Under the pieces are notes generated by a model. It made no database searches. It saw nothing but the letters and a program-made list of their open reading frames with translations, and was not told the DNA's origin. Position numbers and translations under genes: made by a program. A stretch of 58,606 bases of DNA from a virus (taxonomy: Duplodnaviria > Heunggongvirae > Uroviricota > Caudoviricetes). The first letter of the stretch is position 1; every line of letters begins with the position of its first letter. Shown here one piece after another: positions 40,735 to 51,303 of this stretch. The stretch lies in IMG/VR virus record IMGVR_UViG_3300031992_000010; one strand, written 5' to 3'.

Positions 40735-40853
40735 ATATACACAATTTTTTATAAAAATAACATAAACCCACATAAAATATAAGTGGACCTGAAAAATATT
40801 TATTTTATTAAAAATTTCATTGGTAGTTTTATTATTAGAAAAATAAGGGAAAT

Positions 40854-41680
40854 ATGAATTATCCGCAATCATTACAATCAATAAGGACAGGCAGATCCAG
40901 TTTGGAAAAATGGCTTCAAAAAAACTATCCGGAATTTAAGTTATTTTTGGATGAAAAATATCCGGGCACCTCATATCAATGTGGGTTATATATGTTTTAT
41001 AACGGAATTGATTCCATACCATTATGTGATTGTGGAAAACCTGTTAAATTTTACGGGAACCAATATGGTTTTGCCCGTTGGTGTAGCCCCACCTGTGCCC
41101 AAACAAGTAATGAAATATTAAATAAGCACAAATCCACCTGTTTGGAACGATATGGTGTTGAATATTCATTACAAAATGATAAAATAAGAATGAAGGCAAT
41201 CCAAACAAAGGAGGAAAAATATGGTGATCGAAATTATAATAATAAACAAAAATATAAATCCACCTGTTTGGAACGATATGGTGTGGATAATCCACAAAAA
41301 TCCCAAATTATAAGGAAAAAGGTGGAAAATACCTGTTTGGAACGATATGGCGAGACCTCATTTTTGAAGACACAAACGGTAAAAAAAATAAATGATGAAA
41401 AATTTATTTTAAATAACCCATATTTTATCTCAAAGGTTGGTGATGTATATAAATTCAAATGTTCAAATCCAAACTGCAATAAATGTTCCGAAAAGGAATA
41501 TGAAACAAATTATGATCTTCATTATCAACGAATAAATGTATATAACATCGAGCCGTGCCCAAAATGTATAGGCATTGGTGAGTCGGTCCAAATAAAACGG
41601 AGGAACAAATAATGTTGGAGACCGGTTATCTAAAAATATATGATACCGGACAAAGCAAATGGGTATTTAAAAACCATTAA
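40854..41680 (+). pseudogene. Hef-like endonuclease copy 2, internally deleted
   Basis: The N-terminal zinc and YGV repeats are intact (ORF ends at 41612). The family C-terminus (TEEQIMLETGYLKIYDTGQSKW) lies in another frame at 41582-41680. Nuclease and GNAT-like domains are absent. Confidence 0.8.
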
Positions 41681-41699
41681 AAAATATTATTATTCAAAT

Positions 41700-43577
41700 A
41701 TGAATAAAAAACAGGCAAAAATAGGTAATTTTAATCCCATAAAGGAGGACGAATCAGGCAAAAGGGCGAAACGTGTTATTTGGTCCACGAATGTTATAAA
41801 TATGGCACTTGAAGGATTGGATAAAGGTAAACGCCTTGTTGCCAATCCTTTTTATGAGAATAATTCCAAATTATTGAAGGCCGGTCTCGTATTTCACCGC
41901 ACACCGGAGGAGATTGAGGAATGGAAAAAATGTGCCGCCGATGTTATTTATTTTGCCAAACAATGTAAATTGATGACCCCGGAGGGTATTCAATATATTG
42001 AGTTGCGTCCATATCAGGAAAAATATTTACGGCATCTCGAACAACATAATATGAGTATATATCTTGCAGCCCGCCAAAGCGGTAAGACAACAACCTCCGC
42101 AATATTCCTATTGTGGTATATATTATTCAATTTTGATAAAAATGCCCTCGTTTTGGGTAATAAAGGTAAAACGGCAAAGGAAATTTTGGATAAAATCAAA
42201 AAGATATTTTATGAACTTCCATTTTATTTAAGACCCGGTGTGGAAAAATGGAATGAAATGGAGTTGGTATTTGATAATGGATGTAGAATTATGGCCGAGA
42301 CCACAACAACACGTTCCGGTATTTCGTTTACATTCCACTGTGTACTTGCGGATGAGTTTGCACACATAATGCCAAATATTTTGGATGAATTTTATGAAAA
42401 CCTTTTACCTGTAATTACGGCGGCAAAGGCCCGGTTAATCCTATCATCCACCCAAAATGGACGTAATCTTTTTTATCGTTTATACACGGCGGCCGTGGCA
42501 GGGGAAAATGAATATTCACCATTTAAAACCGATTGGTATGAGGTGCCGGAATGGAATCCGGATAAACGTTGTTGGGAGAAACGTGATGAGGCGTGGAGGA
42601 GACGTCAGGTTGCCAATTATGGTAGTGAGGAGGCATTTAACCGTCAATTTGGAACATCATTCGATTCCAATTCCAACACATTAATATCAAATCAGCGGTT
42701 ACGTGAGGTTGATAACAATCGGGTCAATTTTGTGGAAAAATACCTGCCGGGATGGCAGCAGTATTTTGTATGGAGGGAGGATTATGAACCGGCGGAGATG
42801 CTCCGTAAGGATCCAATAATTATCACCTGTGACCTTGCCGAAGGTGGTGGAAATGATTATACCACATTCCTTTTTAATCGTATATATATTGATGAAAATG
42901 ATATGGTTAGATATGAATGTGTGGGTATGTTCCATAGTAATGAGATCCCGCTGGAAAAGGCCGCATATATATTGAGGGGATTATGTTTGGCATATATGGT
43001 GAAATATAATTTTTATATCTCCGTGGAAATGAATACATACGGTGATTTATTTATCCGGTATATGAAGGATATGATCGACGGCGATGGTACTTGGGAAAAA
43101 TTTAGTATGGATTGTTTCCTTAAATTTAAAAAGGAACGTATGGTGGGTAATAAAATGAAAGTGGAATATAAAATCGGTGTTCGATTGGACGCGAAGGAAA
43201 AGTTATTCGCCTGTATGAATTTTAAGACCAAATTTGAACGCCGGGAAATTGACAATTATAACACATTATTTCTCAACGAGGCATATAATTTTTGCGATAC
43301 CGAAGGTCATAATACATACAAGGCCGCGTATGGGCACGATGATATATTTATGGCCCAAATGCAGTTGGTATTCTTTGAACGCTCCAACGTATATAATAAT
43401 TTTATTCAATCCATTCGTGCCGGAAAAGGCCATATTGAACAAAAAAGAACGGTAAGTATATATGATATGCTTGACCAATATACACCAAACGGTTACCTGT
43501 CGCCGAATTTCCAGTCAATGAATGAGGAAATGTACGAAAATCAGGTATTTGAACGGTTTGGACGTCATCTTTCCTAA
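41700..43577 (+). CDS. terL: terminase large subunit (T4 gp17-like)
   Basis: LRPYQ, AARQSGKTT (Walker A), LADEFAH (Walker B), CDLAEG and GHDD nuclease motifs. Start moved to MNKKQ at 41700. Confidence 0.95.
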   Translation: MNKKQAKIGNFNPIKEDESGKRAKRVIWSTNVINMALEGLDKGKRLVANPFYENNSKLLKAGLVFHRTPEEIEEWKKCAADVIYFAKQCKLMTPEGIQYIELRPYQEKYLRHLEQHNMSIYLAARQSGKTTTSAIFLLWYILFNFDKNALVLGNKGKTAKEILDKIKKIFYELPFYLRPGVEKWNEMELVFDNGCRIMAETTTTRSGISFTFHCVLADEFAHIMPNILDEFYENLLPVITAAKARLILSSTQNGRNLFYRLYTAAVAGENEYSPFKTDWYEVPEWNPDKRCWEKRDEAWRRRQVANYGSEEAFNRQFGTSFDSNSNTLISNQRLREVDNNRVNFVEKYLPGWQQYFVWREDYEPAEMLRKDPIIITCDLAEGGGNDYTTFLFNRIYIDENDMVRYECVGMFHSNEIPLEKAAYILRGLCLAYMVKYNFYISVEMNTYGDLFIRYMKDMIDGDGTWEKFSMDCFLKFKKERMVGNKMKVEYKIGVRLDAKEKLFACMNFKTKFERREIDNYNTLFLNEAYNFCDTEGHNTYKAAYGHDDIFMAQMQLVFFERSNVYNNFIQSIRAGKGHIEQKRTVSIYDMLDQYTPNGYLSPNFQSMNEEMYENQVFERFGRHLS

Positions 43578-43644
43578 AATTTTATATATAAAACCTTAAA
43601 AATTGTAACTTTCGGATTATTTAATAAGAAAAATAATTCCGAAT

Positions 43645-44757
43645 ATGAATGATAATGAAAATGATGCACTCGAAAAACAAATAGGCAACTTGGGTGCACC
43701 GGGGGGGTCAACAAATAAAAACGAGGAAACCCCTACACTTACAGGAAAGAAATTAAAACACATTACCAAAAAGAATACATTATCGGAGGAGGACGAACAA
43801 TCTATGAAGGATTTTCTCGCAAGAACCGACGGTAAAAGTGTATTCCAATCGGGACCAAAATTGATAGGCTCGCAGGCCGAAATAATTGAAAATGACGGCG
43901 ATGCACCAATTTCAGGAGGATGGATTCCAATCGATCGTGCCGGATTGGGTGAACGTGATATTTTCTATCCTGCCGAGTGGGAGTTCCGTGTAAAACCGGC
44001 GAGTGTATCGGTTTGTAAAAAATGGTCACAAATCGATGAAAATGCCCGCGATGTTAAACTCCAAATTTGGAATGTGTTTAATGAAATCATCAAACAATGT
44101 GTTAAAATCCAAACACCAACAGGTAGTTTGAATTGGGGTCACATCAATAGTTGGGATAGATTTTGGTTTGTAAAACGTATCCACGATTATACCTACGCCA
44201 AGAGTAATAAGATTGAATTTACCGATATATGTGAAAATTGCGGCGAGGAATTGACATTCTCATTGGAAACCAATAGTTTATTATTCGAAACACCGGATGA
44301 ATCGGTTATTGACAAGCATTGGGATACGGTTGAATATTGTTGGAAAATCGATCCAAAGGAATATGATATGACCGGCCCGATTATTAAACTTTATACACCA
44401 ACAATGGGCAAGGATGATATCATCGTTCAATGGGCATATGCACAGGCACAAAATGGCCGTGTTGTGGACGAAGGTTTTATTAAGTTCCTTCCGTGGATGA
44501 TGAAATCGGCTCCAAAGGATTTAAAACTTGCCGATAAAATTATCCGTGAATGTGAACGTCAATATAAATCCTGGGATATGGAAACGTTCAGTTTTTACGA
44601 TGAAATTATTAGAAACATTGAGGTGGTTCCGGAGGAAAAATTAAGAACTGTATGTCCACATTGCGGTGAAGAGGTCCGCAGTGCCGCCCAGTTTCAAAAT
44701 GGATTTAAGTCATTATTTTCAATGGAAACTCGACATAAGAAGTTTGGTACGAAGTAA
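43645..44757 (+). CDS. baseplate hub assembly protein (T4 gp26-like)
   Basis: CENCG and CPHCG zinc motifs; sits upstream of a gp51-like ORF. Confidence 0.5.
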   Translation: MNDNENDALEKQIGNLGAPGGSTNKNEETPTLTGKKLKHITKKNTLSEEDEQSMKDFLARTDGKSVFQSGPKLIGSQAEIIENDGDAPISGGWIPIDRAGLGERDIFYPAEWEFRVKPASVSVCKKWSQIDENARDVKLQIWNVFNEIIKQCVKIQTPTGSLNWGHINSWDRFWFVKRIHDYTYAKSNKIEFTDICENCGEELTFSLETNSLLFETPDESVIDKHWDTVEYCWKIDPKEYDMTGPIIKLYTPTMGKDDIIVQWAYAQAQNGRVVDEGFIKFLPWMMKSAPKDLKLADKIIRECERQYKSWDMETFSFYDEIIRNIEVVPEEKLRTVCPHCGEEVRSAAQFQNGFKSLFSMETRHKKFGTK

Positions 44758-44962
44758 GGCGTGGTTGGTTAAAAACTTTCATTTACAGCCGTCGGAAATT
44801 GATAGGATGGATATGTGGGAATGGAATTATTTTATTGACGACATAAATGAAATGGTTAAACGTGAGGAGGAGCAACACAAGAAGGAGGAGGCAAAATACA
44901 AATCATCCTTCAAAATGCCAAAATCACCGACCATACCGAAGGTATCAGGTATAAAATATTAG
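44699..44962 (+). CDS. baseplate hub assembly catalyst (T4 gp51-like)
   Basis: KNFHLQPSEIDRMDMWEWNYFI resembles the gp51 motif SEIENM.PWE. The start is uncertain. Confidence 0.5.
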   Translation: MDLSHYFQWKLDIRSLVRSKAWLVKNFHLQPSEIDRMDMWEWNYFIDDINEMVKREEEQHKKEEAKYKSSFKMPKSPTIPKVSGIKY

Positions 44963-44970
44963 AATGAAAT

Positions 44971-45567
44971 ATGAAATTTTTTATTGTAGGGGCACAAGGA
45001 ACAGGAAAACGGGAACTGTTGGATATTCTCCAACAGGACCATCCTGAAATCCGCATAGCCAAATTATTCTCAAACGTCAATCCGGAGCAAAAAGGCCTAT
45101 ATCGCAACATTAATGACTATATGCCTTATAATGAGGCCGATATACGTCTTATGTTTGAAAACAATGCATATTTATTTATGAAGGAAATTGATGAAATATC
45201 CTACGACATATATGAGGGCGTTTCATTATTTGAATTTAATAATAGCGACATTGTTATGTTAACGCCGGATGAGATGGTACGTATTCCAAGCCAAAGTATA
45301 AACGAGGAAATTTGTTTCATTTGGTTGGATAATAATACCAAAAATAGATTCAATAGATATAAAAGTGATAAACCAAACTATTCATTCCAACAACGTGAGG
45401 CGACCGAAAAATTGTGTATGAATGATTTTGTGACCAATATTTATTCGTTCCCAAATTCCAAACTCATATATTTTTATAATGAGGAGCCTTCGCGGGTAAG
45501 TGCCATATTATATGCACTATATAAGGATAATTCACTTGTGGATGAGTTTTCAAAAAAATTTAATTAA
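44971..45567 (+). CDS. P-loop nucleotide-kinase-like protein (guanylate kinase-like, degenerate)
   Basis: N-terminal FFIVGAQGTGKRE, with later FIWLD and RFNRY segments. Confidence 0.45.
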   Translation: MKFFIVGAQGTGKRELLDILQQDHPEIRIAKLFSNVNPEQKGLYRNINDYMPYNEADIRLMFENNAYLFMKEIDEISYDIYEGVSLFEFNNSDIVMLTPDEMVRIPSQSINEEICFIWLDNNTKNRFNRYKSDKPNYSFQQREATEKLCMNDFVTNIYSFPNSKLIYFYNEEPSRVSAILYALYKDNSLVDEFSKKFN

Positions 45568-45569
45568 TA

Positions 45570-46493
45570 ATGTTTGATAATGGTATGATGATTGAGGGAG
45601 GCGGGCCAATGTTAACAGGTAATTGGGTAAATCCCAAAACCGGTGACTTTTTTACGGTCCGCGATAGTTTCTTTGAGGATGATGATTGTATTATAATCAC
45701 AACCGATGGAAGACGATTGAATTATAAATTAATACAGGATTACGTTGGGACAAAGGATTCCGTTGAGCAACTTAAACGTGTAAAGGAAAGTATGGGAAAA
45801 CGTGATGAACAACTCCCGCCGGAGGTTGCCAATTTGATTGACGATAATCCATTGGATAAACCGGTTCCTCCACGTAAGGATTCCAAACCACGGCAAACGG
45901 TGCCGGTGGTTGAGCCGGGCATGGATCCAAGTATGGATTACGATCCCGATTTACAGGAGGCGCTTGGTAATTATGGTAAGAAACCTGCATATGACCCATT
46001 AAATTCACCGATGGCGACAAAACGTGAGGAACAGCCCCGTGGGATTGTGGTTCAACCACAAAAACCAATTATTCAGGATGCCGATATCATTGAACGTGCA
46101 ATGCGTAGGGTAAATGCACCTAAAATAAATATCTCGATGGTATTTGATAAATACCCGGAGAAACAACTTGATATGCTTGTTAACCTTATGGGATGTGAAT
46201 ATGAGGACATAGCCGCCTGGATATATGAATCATATTTTTCAAAGGACTTCCGTGCCATTATTATTAAGGAAATAACAAAAATATTGGAAAATGGACCGGA
46301 ACCGGTTGAAACCCAAAAGGATAAATGGGAGCCACCATTCGGCAACGAGGGTGAATTGTGTAAAGACCCATATTTCACAAAGCCACACGAGGAGGAGATG
46401 CCTGTAATTGAGGAAAACCCTGTTGAAAAGCCGGTGGTAAAGGCCAAACCGGTTAAAAAGCCAACAACCAAAAAGAAAAAAACTAAAAAATAA
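45570..46493 (+). CDS. hypothetical Pro-rich protein
   Basis: 307-aa ORF with a basic C-terminal tail. Confidence 0.75.
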   Translation: MFDNGMMIEGGGPMLTGNWVNPKTGDFFTVRDSFFEDDDCIIITTDGRRLNYKLIQDYVGTKDSVEQLKRVKESMGKRDEQLPPEVANLIDDNPLDKPVPPRKDSKPRQTVPVVEPGMDPSMDYDPDLQEALGNYGKKPAYDPLNSPMATKREEQPRGIVVQPQKPIIQDADIIERAMRRVNAPKINISMVFDKYPEKQLDMLVNLMGCEYEDIAAWIYESYFSKDFRAIIIKEITKILENGPEPVETQKDKWEPPFGNEGELCKDPYFTKPHEEEMPVIEENPVEKPVVKAKPVKKPTTKKKKTKK

Positions 46494-46495
46494 TT

Positions 46496-47077
46496 ATGGA
46501 CAACAAAACAAAGGATATGCCGTTTGATGTGGATACCACCACAACCGATATAATGGATCTTGTGGACGATACCGATGGTATAGTTGACATTCCTTTGGAC
46601 GTCATTAATACCGAGTCGGTCAATGAGGCCGACTCGATTATTTATCACCTTATACGTGAAAAATATGGTAAGGATTATTTAACATTACATCCGGATTTGA
46701 AAAAATATGTGGATGTGGAAACCGAGGGATTGAGAAATCTCATCAAAATGAGAAAATCCAATGAAACGTTACACGATATCCTTATACGGGCAATCGGCGG
46801 AAATTCCAATAATGCGTCGTTATATATGGCCTTATCACGTATGCAGGGTGCAAATCTATCCATTCAAAAACAAATAGATGAAAAAATGGATAGTATCCGG
46901 AAATTAATTAAAAACTATCAGGCGGAACTCGATTTGGACCTTGATAGGGAGGATGAGGATGAGGAACCGGGGGATGAGACCGATATTACAATTACACGTG
47001 GTACGAGGGATTTTATCCGTCAAATAAAACAGGAGGAGGCCAACAAGCAACTCCAAATGGACGAACTTTTAAAATAG
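46496..47077 (+). CDS. putative terminase small subunit
   Basis: Helical core followed by TITRGTRDFIRQIK, reminiscent of the gp16 C-terminus; directly upstream of the portal. Confidence 0.35.
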   Translation: MDNKTKDMPFDVDTTTTDIMDLVDDTDGIVDIPLDVINTESVNEADSIIYHLIREKYGKDYLTLHPDLKKYVDVETEGLRNLIKMRKSNETLHDILIRAIGGNSNNASLYMALSRMQGANLSIQKQIDEKMDSIRKLIKNYQAELDLDLDREDEDEEPGDETDITITRGTRDFIRQIKQEEANKQLQMDELLK

Positions 47078-47124
47078 ATTAAACTTTGACCATAAATACA
47101 TTATTTTTTAAATAAAAAATCGAA

Positions 47125-48966
47125 ATGGCTGAACAAACTGATGGAGTAAGTGGAAAATACGTACAACCCGAAGGCTATATGGAGGTTCGTACCCAACAAC
47201 CGGGTACATCCTTAAATGAGGCCGCCGTGGATCCAATGAATATCCCGGGGTTTAGAAAAACCACAAACTTCCACCCAAATTATGCCGGTAGTGAACCAAA
47301 GAAAAAGAAGAAACGTCTAATCAACCAATTTTTCTCCGACCTATCACGTTGGGGTATGAATTATGAGGAGGACGTAATCAAAAATATGCAGGCCATACCT
47401 GCGGATAAAAACCTTATACCTAAACAAAACCAATTATTGATGCAGGATTTGTTTGCAAACAATAATTGGAAGGTAAAAACCAATAGGGATAGAAGTTTTT
47501 ATGAAAAGGATTTCGCCTCGAAACGTGAGGTTCTCCGTAACCTTGCATTGCAGCCGGAATTGGAGGATATTTTGGATACACTTGCAAACGAGGCCGTTGT
47601 TTATGACTCCAATTATACATATTTTATCGAGCCATATATCGATGAAAATGAAACGAAGGAATTGGATAAAAAGGCCAACGAGGAACTCCGCAAAAATATG
47701 TCCGACTGGTTTGCCAAATTATATAAAATGTTGGAGTGGAAAACGAAGGCTTGGGATGATTTCAAACGATTTGCCGTGGAGGGTGAACTTGCGTGGGAAA
47801 TTGTTTATGACAATGTGACAAATCCAACTAAAATTATTGGCCTCGTTCCACTTGATACCGCCACGCTGACGCGTACATTTAAGAATGGCAAGTGGTATTA
47901 TATTCAATTCAAGGGTGTTATGGGTAAGGAACGCGAATTATTGGATTCCCGTGTGGTGTTTATCCAATATCAGGAAACCAATTGTATTTCACGTATGTCA
48001 TACCTGGAACGATTGGTTCGCCCATTTAATATTTATCGTATTATTGAGCAGGCCCAAATTATTTGGACCGTATCCAACGCACAAAGCAAAATGATGTTTA
48101 CCATTCCTACAAATGGTATGTCACAGGCGGAGAGTGCCATGACTGTTGCCTCCATGATGAATAGATATCGCGAGGTAATCAAATTCAAACAGGAATCCGG
48201 TGAGTTGGAAATTAACGGTCAATCAAATATTCCGGGAAATAAGGAATATTGGGTTGCATCAAATGAGGCCGGTGAACCTCAAATTGAAACCATAGCGGGT
48301 GAAGGACCTGAATTGAATGATAATGACCAATTGAAATACTTTTATAACCGTCTTATAAAGGCCTCAAAAATTCCGCTTGATCGTTTTGACGCGGAATCAG
48401 GTACAACATGGTTTGGCACCGATGGTTCGAGTGTGGCACGTGCCGAGATTTCATTCTCCCGTTTTGTGGATAGGATGCGTAATACATTCGTTCAGGCCAT
48501 ATTGAAGCCACTTCAAATCCAAATGATGCTATTGCAGCCGGAATTGAAGGAATATCTTGATATTGTAAATTCAATCTCAATCCACTTTAATTCATACAAT
48601 CCTTTTGAGGAAATGCTTGAAATGGAGATGACCCAAAAACGTGTGGAATTTATCCAAACAATGAAGGAATCGTTGGTGGATATGGATGCGGAAGGAAATG
48701 ATGTCAAATTCTTCTCAAGTGAGTTTTTGGTTAAGAAATATTTACATTACTCGGATGCCGACATTGCCCTTAATAAACGAATGAAGCAGAAGGAGGATGT
48801 GGAAATGGGTCTTGCCGGTGGTGAGAACGCCGACGAACAACTTGAATCCACGGACGAACAACTTGCAAATCTTCTTGAACAGGTTGAAAAACGTAAATCC
48901 GAACTAAAGGAGGAGATAAAGAAAAGAAAAAAGAAAACCAAACCTAAAAAGGACGAGGAGGAATAA
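47125..48966 (+). CDS. gp20: portal protein (T4 gp20-like)
   Basis: LALQPELEDILD..ANEAV, F..EGELAWE, SYLERL.RPFN..RIIE and LIKASKIPLDRF. Confidence 0.9.
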   Translation: MAEQTDGVSGKYVQPEGYMEVRTQQPGTSLNEAAVDPMNIPGFRKTTNFHPNYAGSEPKKKKKRLINQFFSDLSRWGMNYEEDVIKNMQAIPADKNLIPKQNQLLMQDLFANNNWKVKTNRDRSFYEKDFASKREVLRNLALQPELEDILDTLANEAVVYDSNYTYFIEPYIDENETKELDKKANEELRKNMSDWFAKLYKMLEWKTKAWDDFKRFAVEGELAWEIVYDNVTNPTKIIGLVPLDTATLTRTFKNGKWYYIQFKGVMGKERELLDSRVVFIQYQETNCISRMSYLERLVRPFNIYRIIEQAQIIWTVSNAQSKMMFTIPTNGMSQAESAMTVASMMNRYREVIKFKQESGELEINGQSNIPGNKEYWVASNEAGEPQIETIAGEGPELNDNDQLKYFYNRLIKASKIPLDRFDAESGTTWFGTDGSSVARAEISFSRFVDRMRNTFVQAILKPLQIQMMLLQPELKEYLDIVNSISIHFNSYNPFEEMLEMEMTQKRVEFIQTMKESLVDMDAEGNDVKFFSSEFLVKKYLHYSDADIALNKRMKQKEDVEMGLAGGENADEQLESTDEQLANLLEQVEKRKSELKEEIKKRKKKTKPKKDEEE

Positions 48967-48973
48967 AAAAATG

Positions 48974-49008
48974 ATACCCGGGAATTAAATTTTCCGGGTA
49001 TTTTTTTT
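48974..49008 (+). terminator. intrinsic terminator with TTAAAT loop
   Basis: ATACCCGGGAA-TTAAAT-TTTCCGGGTAT followed by a T run. Confidence 0.85.
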
Positions 49009-49013
49009 ATTTT
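48985..49013 (+). promoter_or_regulatory. degenerate promoter-like site TTAAAT-N17-TATTTT
   Basis: One mismatch in the -10 element; upstream of endonuclease copy 3. Confidence 0.45.
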
Positions 49014-49035
49014 AATTATTGAAATAATATTGGAA

Positions 49036-50709
49036 ATGGACATAACATATTTATTGCAACAACCAAGGACAAGATGTAAGGAGGTTCATATAAGCAAATG
49101 GTTCCCACAGGATTACAACGAAATACTTAAACAACCCGGTACAAAATTTACGGAGAAATTATACCAATATATGTATAATAATCCGGAACATATATGTCCT
49201 GTATGTGGTAAACAAACCCCATTTCAAAATTTTATTTCCGGTTATTCCAAATATTGTAGTGTTAAATGTAGTGCCAACGATGAGGAATGTACAAAATTAA
49301 AAAAGGAAACCATATTGGAAAAATATGGTGTTGACAATATATCCAAATTGGAATCCATCAAACAGGTAAAAAAGGATATAATGAATGAACGGTATGGCGG
49401 CTTTTACAATAACAGGGATAAGGCAAGGAAAACAATGTTGGAAAAATATGGTGTTGACAATATATCCAAATTGGAATCCATCAAACAGGTAAAAAAGGAT
49501 ATAATGAATGAACGGTATGGCGGCTTTTATAACAATAGGGATAAGGCAACGAAAACAATGCTGGAAAAATATGGTATAAAAAGCACGTTGGCCTTGCCGG
49601 AGGTTAGACAAAAGGCATTGGAAACCAAAAGAAAACGGTTTCTTGACATAAATGATGATATAATTGATTATGATGGTGATTTGTGGATAATGAAATGTCC
49701 ACACCCGGAATGTCAAAAATGTAAGGAAAAAACATTTAAAACACCACAAGGTATATATCACGATAGAAAACGTGACGGGTATGAATTATGTACAAATATA
49801 TTACCAATACAGGATATCCGGGTATCAAATACATCGATCGAAATTTTTGTTAAACAAATTTTGGATGAATATGGTATTAAATATGAGGAAAATGTAAGAA
49901 ATATAATTCCACCAAAGGAGTTGGATATTTATATTCCCGATATGCATATTGCGTTTGAATGTAACGGGTGTTATTGGCATAGTGATTTTAGGGATCACCG
50001 GCCAAAACGTCATTATGAAAAATATAAATTATGCCGGGATAAAGGGATTCAATTAATTACAATTTGGGAGGATTGGACCTATAATAAATCGGATATTTTA
50101 AAATCCATTATAAAAACAAAATTGGGTTTAATTGAAAATAAAATTTACGCAAGGAAATGTGAATTGGTGGATATATCAAACCAAAAAACATTGGTAAATA
50201 ATTTCCTTGATGTAAACCATATACAAGGCCATACCGTTTTTGAAAAATGTATTGGTGCCTATTATTGTGGTGAGTTGGCCGCCGTGATGACCTTTGGACA
50301 TAAACGGGGATGTCGTGGGGGTGCCGGTAAGGTATCAAATGAATGGGAATTAAGTAGGTTTTGTACAAAAATGGATGTGATTATTCCCGGCATTGCAAGC
50401 AGGTTATTGAAAAAATTCGAATATGAATTTAAACCGGAAATAATATATTCATTTTCATCCAACGATATTAGTTCCGGTAATTTATATAAAATACTTGGAT
50501 TTGAGGAGGAACAAACAACGATTCCATATTGGTACATTGAACCCAAAACATTAAAACGTTACCATAGAACGGCATTTACAAAAAGGGAGATGATACGGAA
50601 ACAAATGGCATCCGACTCGGATAATTTTACGGAATCCGAAATAATGAAAAAATATCATTTTTATAAGATTTATGATTCCGGAATGACCAGGTGGGAAAAA
50701 CATCCTTGA
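49036..50709 (+). mobile_element. free-standing Hef-like homing endonuclease gene, copy 3
   Basis: Same architecture as copy 1 (KELDIYIP..AFECNGCYWH and YKIYDSG.TRW); downstream of the portal. Confidence 0.7.
49317..49563 (+). repeat. 123-nt near-perfect tandem duplication (41 aa)
   Basis: EKYGVDNISKLESIKQVKKDIMNERYGGFYNNRDKA occurs twice, starting at 49318 and 49441. Confidence 0.95.
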
Positions 50710-50851
50710 TTTTATAATTTATTTTGTGTTTAAGGAGAGATCTCCGCGTGGATAATGATTTCATCATTTTTATGACGATCTCCTCAAATAGGCCATTTAA
50801 AATCGAAAATAATAAATGAATGAATTTTATATAAAAAATTAAACCAATTTG

Positions 50852-50913
50852 TTAAATTTTTTCCGGATTCTTTATATATTAATATGTAAGTTAAATTTAA
50901 AGGATATAGGAGG
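50852..50913 (+). promoter_or_regulatory. 62-nt promoter plus leader cassette
   Basis: 61 of 62 nt identical to 21441-21502. Confidence 0.85.
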
Positions 50914-50921
50914 ACAAGGAT

Positions 50922-51227
50922 ATGAAAGCAAGTGTATATAATGGTGATAGTGTAACATATAGAATCAAGGTAAATGATAGAATTGCCGATAAATCGAGAT
51001 TCCCTTGGGGGCGTAGTGAAATGTTCTATGGCGGTTTAACCGAGGATGTCATTGAGGACTATGGATGCTTTAAATATGTAAAAATTTGGGCCTGCCGAAG
51101 TTCGAGGAAAACATTGCGTACACTTATTTATGAGTGCCGGAATGGTAAATGGTTCGGATATGATGGTAAGGAGAAGTTTGAGACCACAAAGGAGGAAATT
51201 ATCAGGGCACACAAACCGCTTTTATGA
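50922..51227 (+). CDS. small hypothetical protein
   Basis: Has its own promoter cassette and terminator. Confidence 0.8.
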   Translation: MKASVYNGDSVTYRIKVNDRIADKSRFPWGRSEMFYGGLTEDVIEDYGCFKYVKIWACRSSRKTLRTLIYECRNGKWFGYDGKEKFETTKEEIIRAHKPLL

Positions 51228-51259
51228 TATGGTTGTACCCCGGCTCCAATTTTGGAATA

Positions 51260-51292
51260 AAAAAACCATAAGTTATTGACTTATGGTTTTTT
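51260..51292. terminator. bidirectional terminator
   Basis: AAAAAACCATAAGT-TATTG-ACTTATGGTTTTTT. Confidence 0.85.
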
Positions 51293-51303
51293 GTTATCCT
51301 ATA

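Noticed and set aside
44666-44780. Programmed frameshift fusing the gp26-like and gp51-like ORFs
   Set aside because: The downstream ORF is in the +1 frame with its own ATG at 44699, and there is no canonical slippery heptamer.
23483-48966. Inteins or group I introns in pol, nrdD, terL or portal
   Set aside because: The ORFs are continuous with catalytic motifs in normal order, and there are no intein splice or LAGLIDADG motifs.
21321-50813. 26-nt similarity between the regions upstream of the two 62-bp cassettes (21321-21346 minus vs 50788-50813 plus)
   Set aside because: Only 20 of 26 positions match in very AT-rich DNA and the orientations are opposite, so chance is plausible.
51170-51248. 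tRNA suggested by CCCGGCTCCA
   Set aside because: No T-loop or cloverleaf is present upstream, and the region is the 3' end of a CDS.
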